Below are positions 1-11,314 of a DNA stretch of 64,000 nt, piece after piece. Positions within the stretch are counted from its first letter, which is position 1. Every line of letters starts with the position of its first letter. Under the pieces are notes generated by a model. It saw nothing but the letters and a program-made list of their open reading frames with translations, did not search any database and was not told the DNA's origin. Origin of the DNA: Patellaria atrata CBS 101060 (taxonomy: Eukaryota); contig MU006096.1 of the NCBI GenBank assembly GCA_010093705.1, positions 332,004 through 396,003 of the forward strand, in the 5' to 3' direction. Both the position numbers and the translations under genes were made by a program.

Positions 1-2015
1 TCCTCCTCCTCCTTCTCATCAACAGCAACAACGACAACCTTCGCGCTCGCCCTCACACTAGCAACGTACACCAACACCCCACTCCCCACCCAAACGGCCC
101 TGACCTCGGGCGCCTCGAACCGCGCCACGAACGCCTTCCACGCCCGCGGCGCCCCGTCCGCGAGAACCATGCCTTTCCGGATCCGCGGCAGGGCGGGCGA
201 GACGAGTGGGCCGTCTGAGGCGTGAACGGGCACGACGCCGACGGAGCCGACTTGGCCGGCGCGGAGCACGCGTACGGGCAGGCGCAGGTTGCGGATGCTG
301 ACGACGCGGACGCGACGCCATTCGCGCTGCTGAGAGCGGGAAGAAGCTGCCATGTTGGATGCTGTGGCGCCGGGGTACGAGCGGGGTTGGCTGGAGACGA
401 GGGTGGAAGAGGGTGAGGCGTAGGGGCCTAGGAGGAGCTCGTCGCCGGTGTGAAGTTCGCCTTTGCTTAGGTGGCCGCTTAGGACCGTTGGGGTTTCGGT
501 GGTGCTGCCGGGGAGGAGGGGGGAGGAGGAGGAGGAGGAGGAGGGGTGAGGGCGAAGGGTGTTGTAGACGTCTTCGATGTGGAAGACTGTTGATGAGGCG
601 GTTGGGGTGGTGTCTGAGGCGCTGGGCCGGTCTGGGATGGGCAGTTCGTGGAGAATGGCGTGGAGTTTGCGGATGCCGTCGCCGCTGAGGGCGCTGGTGA
701 GGATGATGGGGACGGTGCCGAGGATGTCGTGTTCGAGGCCTCGGGTCTTGGTTCGGAAATCGGAGAGATCTGACGCAGAGATTGTTTTCGGGTTTGCCTC
801 TGACACGAGGCTGCCTGGGCCAGAGAACATGGCAGGTTTTCTGCCCGAATTCTTCAACATGGTCAGCACTTTCGACAAGGTCTGTCGAAGTCCATTTTTG
901 GAAGCTAGGTCGAGTTTGGTGATCACGACGACTAATGGCAGCTCTAATGCGAGGCATAGCTCCAGGTGAGCCTGAGACAAATCCACTTCGGCGGCTGCTG
1001 GGCCGAGTATCTCTTCCGAAGATGGTGTGCTGCCGTTCTTGCCTGAGGTGTCTTCAGCATTGTCCGCGGGAAGGCACAACAACGTCCAATGCGGTGCCCA
1101 ACCAACCAAACCTCTGACAGTTGTACGCCGATAGCGAGGGTGTCCTGCAGAGTCAGACAAGAGTATGAGACGACCGGATTTAGAGGCGGCATGAATGTCG
1201 TTCCATGACGAGACGTTACCAGAGGCATAATTGACAACTTCAACCTCATGGTCATTGTCCGAAGTTTTACTGTAACCTATGAGTTCCTGGGTTACTGAAC
1301 TTGTCAGCCCAGATGCGATTTCATGACGGTGCTTCAGCAGATTTATTCGCGATTTTCCCCTTCCATTATCCAAAGTTGCAGTTGTAAGACATCCGAGCAG
1401 ACTGGATTTGCCAGACGCTGTAGCGCCAGAAAGTGATACTCGCAGCTGTGGGGTTGGGGGGTATACGTCCTCAGCATGTGAAGTAGATCTATAACTATTT
1501 GGCAAACTTATACCGAAGCTCTCTAAGTTTGGAACATCAACATCAAGCTGGCGTAAAACCGAGAGGTTTATATCACCTCCGGTATACGGTTTGACGTAAG
1601 CTTCAGCAACCCAGAGCGTACCAGAGCGTACAATAGAGCCAGCTTTGGATGGATAAGTGGTCTGTTCAATCCACTCGCAAGTACCTACTGGGACTTTTCG
1701 AAGGACATCCACGGTACAACCTAAACTCGCTGCCATTGCGCGAAGATTGTTGAGACTTTCCTCAAGTTCTTCTTCAACAAGGCCTATACAAGTCCCATCA
1801 TCGGCTACTCCTATCTCATATAATGCGCCCTTACTCTCTTCAAGGCCCGGTACTAACTTACTGAGGGCTGGGGGAACATGAAGTTGCTCCGTTGCCTCGG
1901 GCAACAACGGTAGCACCATATCTTTTGCAGTTGATGCATGGTAAGGTGATGACTGCTGTAATCGCCAGAGCAGCTGCGTTGTAAGCTGAACGAGGCGATG
2001 CTGCCTCAAGGGGGT

Positions 2016-2050
<35 letters not shown>

Positions 2051-2432
2051 CTGGTGCTGGTGGGGGGGGGGTTGATACTGTTGTTTCGGTGCTACTACGA
2101 CGAACTACAAGTCCACTAGGTTTTGCTTTGTATGAGCCGGTCGTGTGGTGGTTTGTACTGGACGAACAGAATGATCTTCGAGGACGTAACAAGAGATGTA
2201 ACTTGTACTCCGTCGGGCCTTCTTGGGGTTCGGCCTCGAGTCTTGTAATGACGTTTTCTGAGAATGTCTCTCCCTCTACTGCAATAAGGCGGGAGAACGT
2301 GGACAAACCGTCATCACGTATATTGGGAGGATGCTGTGTTGGGGTGCGTGTGCAAGGGGTTGAAGTCCGAGATGTCAACCATGGGGATGCAACGCGAGGG
2401 GGGTCTGGATCGAAGGTGAAGATCGACGCCAT
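1..2432 (-). CDS. GTPBP1/GTPBP2-like translational GTPase (3' end runs off the window)
   Basis: Manual translation from the ATG at 2432 gives MASIFTFDPDPPRVASPW..., G1 LRVSLSGATASGKSS, KHRHEIASGLTSSV, G3 DSAGHPRYRRTT, G4 VITKLD, and VASVRASA near position 50. It is missing from the ORF track, consistent with no stop before the window edge. Confidence 0.85.
2016..2050. repeat. (TGA)n trinucleotide microsatellite encoding a poly-Ser tract in the GTPase
   Basis: About 11 perfect TGA/GAT units that read TCA (Ser) in the minus-strand coding frame. Confidence 0.9.
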
Positions 2433-2854
2433 GTCGACTGACCTCAGCAAAGTGATATACAGTGAACAGTCTACTGTTGCGAGAGTGATGTCTTGGCGCA
2501 GATGAGGCGTAAAGTGGTCCAACAAATTACTCCTTCGGCAGATTACCGTATCCTAGCTTGCTTTTCTCCGTAAGGTAAAGAGCGCGAGTTCGTATGCAGA
2601 TGATGAATTCGGAATAATTGGCACATAGATCGGAACATGGTGTCCGCCGGCCGCTAGAGCTGGTGTTAAGGTCGTTGGAGTTGGTTGCGAACTGGCGATT
2701 TTGACGACTCGGTCACAAGCAGCGGAAGGAGTCACAAGGCAGGTGTTTGAAGAGCTTCTAGAAACGAGTTAAGCGGAAGTAACCATGATGATCATCCGGA
2801 GTAATTTCTTCGATTCCGATGGTGTAACATGAGATGGGTCGGCTTATCGGATAT

Positions 2855-2973
2855 CGTGAGAGCGTGAGAGCGTGAGTGCGTGAGTGCGTGAGTGCGTGAG
2901 TGCGTGAGTGCGTGAGTGCGTGAGTGCGTGAGAGCGTGAGAGCGTGAGTGGGTGAGTGGGTGAGCGGGTGAGC
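2855..2973. repeat. Octamer tandem repeat (CGTGAGTG)n, about 15 units, upstream of the GTPase
   Basis: Directly visible: a perfect central run with CGTGAGAG and GGTGAGTG variants at the edges. Confidence 0.95.
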
Positions 2974-5217
2974 AGCTGGAGATGTTGGTTCGGCGCTTGA
3001 GTTGCGGGTGTGAGTGGTTGCGAGTAATAATTTGTTGGAAAGGGAAGGTCGGGGAATCGCCTCCAACAGAAAAGCGAAAGATGATTCTGGTTAGTAAGGG
3101 TAAGATAGAGATGAAGGCTGAGTCACGCTAGAACCCGAACTGCATTTTCGAAGTCTACTACTTAATGCTAGGCCTCCATGTACTCCCACTGCAGTGCCTG
3201 ACTGACCATTACACCTTTATTGTCAAATAATGTCAACTTGGGCTTGTCGGACTTTTACCAGTAGCATCCATGCCAAAACCGTTTCGCTTCAAGAGAGGCT
3301 CAAGGTACTGTACATACAGGGCAGGGCAGTTGATATCTCTCCAAGATCCTGTACAGAAAACGGAACTGATGGCGGGAATACCGCTGCAATTATTTCTACT
3401 ATTGGAATCTGCGGCTCACACTAAATGACGGAGAAGCTAAAAAGATGCCTTGCTCGTTTCGCACAGATGATGAATTGCATTGCAGTGAAGGGTCTTCACG
3501 GCTTGCAATTTGGCTACGGAGTGCCACGTTCAGTTAATTACTTTCCAATATAATTCCCAGACGTCCATCACTTTCGAACCTGCGAGCCTAATTCTTCTCG
3601 TCACAGAGGAAAATGCACGCTTCTCACCTTCTCGGATCCGTTCCGCCGGGTTTTGAAACCCTCCGCTGGGGCCGCAAGATTCAGCCTTGACTAAGTTGGA
3701 TGAGGTGGTTTATCTCATTGACTTTCTTGCTAGATTTGATCATATCAATTCGTGTCAATACCTAAGACGAGTCTTGCGCTGAGGTGACATTGCCACACGG
3801 TCATGCCGAGAGTCATACCAATCCAGACAGAACATATGAGTTTTGATCCTTAATGCAGATATCAGCATAAGTTCTTGTTGTGCCGTGATACTCACGGTAG
3901 TTGAGAGATCAGGTGAGGTGACTACTGTACTTGTAAAAGTAGTACGGTAGACTGTGGCGCTGATGGTCATGCGAGGTGACAGCCAAAGCTCCAAGGGCTC
4001 TCTCCTGGAGTCCTGGTGCTTCCCCCCTTGGCTCATGATGAGTAAGAAGCGCTGGAACGAACCACATAACTTCACCACATCTTTAGCAACGGATACCTTC
4101 AGCCAATTAACACATTTACCGACTTGAAGCTACGAGCAGTGTCCAGAGAGAAGGTCATCGAACTTATCGGGGGTAAAGAGGTCATCAGCCGTTAAAGTCT
4201 AGCTATCTTCCGCTAACCCTCAAGGTCGTGTGTGTGTCTGTAAAAGTACAAGTACGGATAAAGATGATACACCAACTTACCTTTCTGGGTTTGATATGTA
4301 TGTGCAAGGTTCATATTTCCAGTTACCACCCATCCGTTGAACCAAAGATGCGGTCAGACGGGGATACCAGTCGTAAATATCAAAGTCTAAAAAAACAACC
4401 CCCCATCAATTATTCCACCGTTCGGCTGTTACACGTGGTGACTGTTACACAGAACTTGTCGCAGAATCAGCCGCACACGTTCTTACAGTCTTACAGTCTT
4501 ACATGTTTGCATCTGATGTGCTTACCGGGCTTTCGAGACTTCGACAAGTACTTTCACTTTGCTCTGTAAGGCTGTGGGATGCCTAATCGGCGTGGCGAGA
4601 TACTTTGTAACTTTGTAATATATCCTGCTTTGCTGACTTGTTCATTTTTTGCACCATGGCCACTATCAACATCGGCCCTTGGCCCTGCCCTACGTAATCG
4701 TAAGCACCCAAAATCAACGCTGAAGTTGGCCCCCAGCCTAAAAACCGCCTCCAACAGCGCCCGAATTTACTTTCTACACACCGTCTTCACCCCTAAAACA
4801 GCCCTACCATTCCAAAAATAACAAAAGGAAAATGACGCCGTCTACTTCCCCGTGCCCGCTGTTCTGACTGTGAAACGAGTAATATGGTATCAAAAAGTAA
4901 AGTGACAAGAAAGGGAGAACAAGGGAGAAGGGTAAGACGAGAAAATACAGATGTCTAGAAGTAGAAGAAGAAACTCCGCGTGCCGCGCTATGCGCCGGAA
5001 AAATGGTCTTTTTAAGTTCAACGCTCAAAATGCTGCCAGATAAATGACGCCGCCCATGCTTGTCTTCTAGTGAATAGCTTCGTCGAGGCTTAAAAGCCCA
5101 TTGGTGTCTCGGATTTCGTGGCGGCCGGCGGTCATGCTTACGGTCCGAGGGCCTTAGTTTTGATGGTTCACTGTGCATATGTGCACACGATTGAAATCGA
5201 AAAGGGTAAGAGCCTTT

Positions 5218-6684
5218 TCACTCATTCTCCTGGGATGTTCTCCTAGGTTTGCACTTTTCATGTGCCATATGACCGTTCCGTGCTGTCGTACGGGTAAACT
5301 CAGCTCCACATCTGGGACAGTACGACTTGGCCGCCGTTCCAGACTTCTCGCGTTGGTGTCGTAGGAGATTACTGAAGGTTGAGAACTGTCGTCCGTTGCA
5401 GCCATGTTCCCAGCATTGCGGCTTCGGTCGGGAGTTGAGTACTCGTACAGTCTCCCCCGGCGCCGATCCAGGTGGCATCGACCCAGCAGCCGATTCGGGA
5501 ATACTACTGGCTAGATACGGCGGTGGATATGATGCATTAGAAGATGGGACATAAAGTGGTGCAGGAGCCTGGCTGTACGGTATATCGTATGTAGGTGGTG
5601 CATATTGACCGGGAGAGCTATATTGGTCAACGAATGGTACTTTCCTAAAGATGATACGATCGATTACCTCGAAAATGAGTGTCCGTAAGGGTAACCACCA
5701 ATCTGTCCATGTACAGGGGCCTGTTGAGGAGGTGGATAAGACGATGGACTTGGTGCTGGAAGATTGAATACGGAAGGGGCAACGCTCGAGACTGGAGGAT
5801 ATGCAGAAGCTGCGGGCGGTGATTGCATCAAACCTTGGGGGACCTCATAGGCACCTATCGGTACAGATCGACTAGAGTAACTGGGTACTGAAGATTGCGG
5901 GTTTACGCCAGATTGCCGTCGATCCGACATGCTTGGACTGGTAGCAAGTAAAGCAGGACTAGATGAATAGGAAGCCGCGTATGCAGGAGTTGAAGAACTT
6001 GTTCTAGAGTGATGTTGTTGGTGTGTACCAGAAGAGTGGTCCATCATGAAATCTTCAAATAGTTAGTTACTTGCTCGGAAAAGCGCAAATTTTCAGATAC
6101 TGACTTGAAGATTCAAAAGAGTGTCCGTAAGGTGTCCCAAATTGCGCAGGAATCATGACACCCAAAGAGCTAAGAGAAAATGAGCATTTTTTCTTACAGT
6201 GCTTTCAAATATAGATTCACCTCATATCTTGCAAATCCGACGGATGATTCGGATCAAACTCTTTGCTCAAATCAAACTGCGTTGGCGCCGAGGTGAGAGA
6301 TAACGACGAAAGATTCTCAGCGGAAAGGTATGGCGAGCCAAAAGGAGAGGGTTCAAGGTGCAGGTTTGTCTCTAGGTGGGGTCCAGACAGGTCCGGTCGA
6401 AAAGCAGGAGATAGTTCAGGTTCAGGAGAATTGCAATATACGTCAAAGCTATCTCCAGTCGCCCACGCTGGTGGAAGCGGTTGCTGTAATTGTTCTGACT
6501 GTGAGAGCTGAGAAGACGTAGTTGACCTTTGTGATGCCCCAGATAAACGCCTTAACCGTCTGTTTCGATTTTCCAAGCCGTGAACGGATAGAGTGCTATT
6601 TGTTCGAGATCTGCTGTGGCGTGAGCCTATAGAAGTCTTAGGGGCAGGAGGAGGAACGGTCATGATGGACTGTACGAGTGACAT
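5218..6684 (-). CDS. C2H2 zinc-finger protein, probable transcription factor (4 exons)
   Basis: C-terminal [29 protein letters not shown]...[23 protein letters not shown] and a Ser/Pro-rich N-terminus. GT-AG introns at about 6220-6170, 6104-6053 and 5667-5618 join the track ORFs. Confidence 0.85.
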
Positions 6685-9600
6685 GGGGAAATAGGGCTAG
6701 AAGAATGAGGCACTCTTACTCTTTTGAGACTTATGTCTGTGAGACCTGGATTGAAGTCTTTATATTAGAACGAGTCCTGACTCTTGAGTCCACGATATTA
6801 GGCCGCGAGTAGTTTTTGGAAACTTTCTAAGGTCGAAGCTGCCTGCGCCTTGTCCAGGGGAAACTTTAGAGCATATATCATCTTCTAGTAGGTGAAGATC
6901 CAACATCATTTTCCCGGCGTGTCCAGGTGTGCGGCTGGCCGGTGCCTGAAGGATTCAATACCCTGTATTTACAATGAGCAGAAGAGGTACGGGCCACACG
7001 GGCACCACCCGACCGTTTTTAGGTTGGAAACGCTGCAGCTAGTGCTGGTTGCGGCCTAAACCCATGCCCGCATAGTATTATGAAGCTGCTGGATATTCAT
7101 GGTTTAGGATACCCGTTGCTTATTAGATATGTAGGAGTACGAACGTTTCAAAACGATACCAAGCTCCCGCCTGTTCTTGTCACCCTTTTACTTACCCTGC
7201 TGCTCGCTCATGGGCACTTTTTGACGGGTACATATCATTCTCATCTAGAGCGTTCGAGAAGACTGCCCCAAGTACTGTACCCTCGGAATGACCTAATCCT
7301 GAGAGTTGGTAGTAAGAGGTGTCCGAAGTACTTGTGTCCAGAATGATTACAGCCCGAAAAGGGCATCCCTCCTCGCACATCTCTAATCGGCAGCAGTTGG
7401 AAATAGTCTCATGCGAAGCTTTTCTTGCCGCTACAAGGACTTAAGGAGAGGGTTGAAAAGCAGCAATGCAGAGCCTCTTAGGACTGTACAGATGTTGGTG
7501 GCTGCAGCACGATTGCGGGAAGGGATCAACTAAAGGGCGATGTCACAAGCGATTCGTGATTCCAAGCCTTACCGCGAGTGTAAAGCGGTGTTTCATCTCT
7601 ACATCTAGTGCAGAGAAAGATACATGCAATAAGGTGATTGTGGGACCTTGGACGTCTGTTGCTTTGCTGTCCTGGGTTGGAGACGGTATAGCGGTTACTG
7701 GGGATCCAGTGGGGAGGTTTGTGCGACCCTAAACCCAGCCTCATCTAGAAGAACGCTGCGCCACTAGTCGATCAACCCTCGTCCCGTCTTTCTTTAGACA
7801 CTTTAAAACACCAGCCTTTGCTATTTCGACGAATCATGCCCCCCTTCCGACTAACGAATATTGTAATAACAATTAGCTAGTACCTTTGATATCTTATTTA
7901 CCTTACAGGTAGAGTGTCAAAAACATTTTCGCCTATCCAAATAGATTACCGGTATTTTCTCAACCATGACACGAATAATAATAATGGAACGACTGAGCCC
8001 AGGGTTTTTAGAAAGACTTCTCAGAGCACTGTGCCGCTGTAGGACAAATGCGGAATAGCCTGACAGCAAAAGTGACAGGAACCTTTTTTGCAATTACTGT
8101 TGTCGAAGCATTGTATCGGACCGATGACAGGGCTGCATGAACAACCTGGTAACCGGGGGGTTTTTTGTTAGGATCACGGATGGTATGGAGATGCGTGCAA
8201 CTCTTCCATACGAGCTTCGATAAGTGTTCCGTGCAGTTCTCGCATGGTATCTCATCATCAATTGCGAAACCTGTTACACGACCGAGTCACCCGAGAGGAA
8301 ATCACCAGTGAGATCGTGGGGTCGGACATCTGACGCCTTTTTCCGTGGGACGGGTGCGCCAGGAGAGCCCTACGGTACAGGTACCTATGGATACAAGCTC
8401 GAATTCCCACGACCTTGGCGACCATGAGGCCATACTGCATGGAGATAATTGGTGAGAAACCCTTACATGTGTAGTGAAAAGGCATTTTCCGTCCAATGGT
8501 TGATCTGCTTCTTACTTCTGATTTGAGTTTGCAGGTGCGGCTTTCAGCGAATAGCAACGCGCGTAAGAAGCGGACTGCATCTGACCCGCTATGGAAATCG
8601 CTGCAAAGGGTGTAGAGACAACAGTAGCGCTTCTAGCAGGTTTGGGGAAAGGCTATAGCACCCGAGAAACCCGGAATAGGCATTTTTCTCAAAGATATCG
8701 CACGGCTGGGTAACCCCAACCGTTGACTGTCCTACTCCAGTTGTACTAGCGCGAGGAGGCCGCACGTGTCGTGTAAAATAGTGAAAAGGGTAACGGTAGG
8801 GCAAGGGGTAAGCTGTATACAGTAAATGAGAATTATCCCCTTTGTTGGAGTTTGGGAGATTCAGAAAGAGGTGCTGGGACTCCTCTCAGATCCGGTGAGA
8901 ACGTAAAGCTGTTTTATGAGCTTGCTTCAAGAATAATAACCAACAGAGAACTATCCAACGCCACGAAAGCAGATCCAGTCCACGGACTCGCCGGTGAAGA
9001 CGCCCCTGCCGTCGTCAGTGGAACCGTGATGGTCATTCCGCGAGCTTAGCTTGGTTTCTTTACTTTTCTTTGGCTGCTTCCATGGTTAGTGTCAGTCGTC
9101 AGGGCGGAATACTTGCTGCTACTACGAAGACCTGGGGTTTGAGGCCAGGTACAAGTAATCGGATGATTTCAAGGTCGATAGTCGAGAAGGGCGACCTATG
9201 CTTGCAAGAATAGTTGAATACATGGCTGTGATATTGCTCTGGGGGTGTGGTGGAGCGTTATCCTTACGATGATTGCGAGACTCTTTTCAAGACCTCATTC
9301 TAGGGCCTTGAATCTGGGGGTCCGTGTAGCGGCAGAGCGACATTCTGCCGTTTTGTCCTAGTTCTAGTTCAAGTACAATAATTGATGTGCCTGGTGCGTG
9401 CTCCATTGTAAGAAGTAGCCTAACATGTCTGTTACACAGCGGGATACCTTGCTAGGTCAACCGTATGGGTGGGTTATGCAGACAACATCTGTCCCAACGT
9501 GATGAGTGATGAGTGTCACAGAGCTCGCAGGTTACTGTACTTGTAAGCAACTTCAGCACCAATTTGACGGTGTCGGAGCGTCGGAAAAGTCGGGGTTCGC

Positions 9601-11314
9601 CTTGGAAATGCACTGATTGGCGATGCATTCACTTGCGGGAACTTCCATCAACCTTGGGCTTGGAGAAAAAAAAAATTGAAGAGAAAGAAAGATGCAACTA
9701 CTGTAGAGTGACTCGATGAACTGGACTTGGGAGAGCAACGGGGGAAGTGATTGTCGCTCTCAGAGACGGAGCTACGACATTGTTGAAGCAAAGATGTCCT
9801 ACCAACCGCTCATTGCATCGCTGGCTCGCTGACCATGAGGCCAGCAGCTTTGTGGTGCTGCATCCGACTGTTTTGAGCATGCCATCGCGGTAGAACTAAC
9901 TATCAGTCAGTGGTCTTAGATTCCCACCGGTCTGCAGGACAGTGAATGCAACACAATATAATTCGCATTATTGAGCAGGAGTGAATGGAAATTACAGAAC
10001 GGTTGAAAAGCATACCATACTGTACGTTCCGTATTCTTTCATCAGACGTCGGTCACAAGAAATCGTGGCGTGGAAGTCCGATAGTCTTCGCAGCGGAAAT
10101 TGTACTGTTTCAAACGGTCCCGCGGGGTATCAAGGGTTTCTGTTGGTTCAATTCCTCATCTAACGTATCTTTTGTCGCCATTTCCCTTGTTAACTTCCAG
10201 GTTGGTTGCAGCACAGCCGCAGCATGGATGGGATGTCCGTCGCTTCGCTGACTACGAAATGACTAGTAGCTAGCAGAGTTAGAGTTATACTGTTAGTACG
10301 GAGTAGAACTAGAACTAGAGCCGTAGCTGGAGCGGAGTAAAAGTCTGCCTCGCTCAACATAGAGTGCTCTAAAAGAACATTTGACATTCTTCACCTCATC
10401 ATCAAAGATCAGAAACCTCATCAGACATCAGTGACCTTTCACCTGTTGATTTCAAAGAAGCGTTACCACTTCAGTCGTCTAATTTCATGCTTTTCATGCT
10501 TGGTGATTTTCCATGATATTCGCCGCAATGATTACCCGCACATCTACTCCGATTATAGAGCCGGTGGAGGCTTGCAGGTTGGCAGTGGTCTGGAAGATCG
10601 GACTTGCTGAGTCTTTGCGAATTACGAACCGTATAGTTCTACAGTACTCATTCAATTGCCTAGGTTTGCTGCACTCTGTCTGATCGATTATTAGGCGGCT
10701 GTCATGGGCGCCCGCCTTATCAACGGACTGCGTCATGATTCTCATCAACGTTTCCACAAAGAACGAGCAGAATACTCTCCGCTGCCGTGTACCTCCGCAC
10801 AATGAGCATTTCAAAAGACAGACTACTGTAGATGAACTTCTCGGCCCCAGTGATCTTTGCCACCCTAGATACATATGCACAGCTTACCTGTCTCCTGCAC
10901 GTGGCTCTTCCCCCCGTCCACTCGTCTCATAGGTTGCATAGGTAGCTGTATGGCGCGCCCAGATGCCTGTTTCTTCTACCTGCACCGTTCAAAGTCGAAT
11001 GCCTCTAGATTTACAAAAGAGCCTTCATCAGCTCTGACGAAATCAGGTGTTGAATGGTTCGTCAAGCTCCATGCAAAATAATCAACCGTGACAGACGCTT
11101 AAACACCATTCGTTGAATTGATGCAATTTTTCACAGTCCGCATGTCTCGCATGCATGTCTAAGTTCAAATATTTTCCGCTTCTCTAAAATTTTCATTTTC
11201 AATCTCCACTGCTCCTAGTGAATATTTTCAATTCTATCATCTTTACCGAGCTAAATTTGGAGCCTAGCACCGCGTTATACGGTACCGATTAAATCACGTG
11301 ATGTACATCATCCT

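Noticed and set aside
58..957. 299-aa Arg/Pro-rich minus-strand ORF and overlapping plus-strand ORFs
   Set aside because: Off-frame or antisense shadows of the GC-rich 3' part of the GTPase gene.
4213..4222. CTAACCCTCA, similar to a telomerase RNA template
   Set aside because: It mismatches the expected 1.5 repeats (TAACCCTAA), and no pseudoknot or CR4/5 elements were recognised.
9499..9616. Box C (GTGATGA) and box D (CTGA) pair suggesting a C/D snoRNA
   Set aside because: The putative guide matches 18S rRNA (as recalled) only with a gap, and there is no terminal stem. It would need snoscan.
11294..11301. TCACGTGA Cbf1-type site next to cystathionine gamma-synthase
   Set aside because: It lies just 3' of the stop codon rather than in the promoter, and is a single occurrence.
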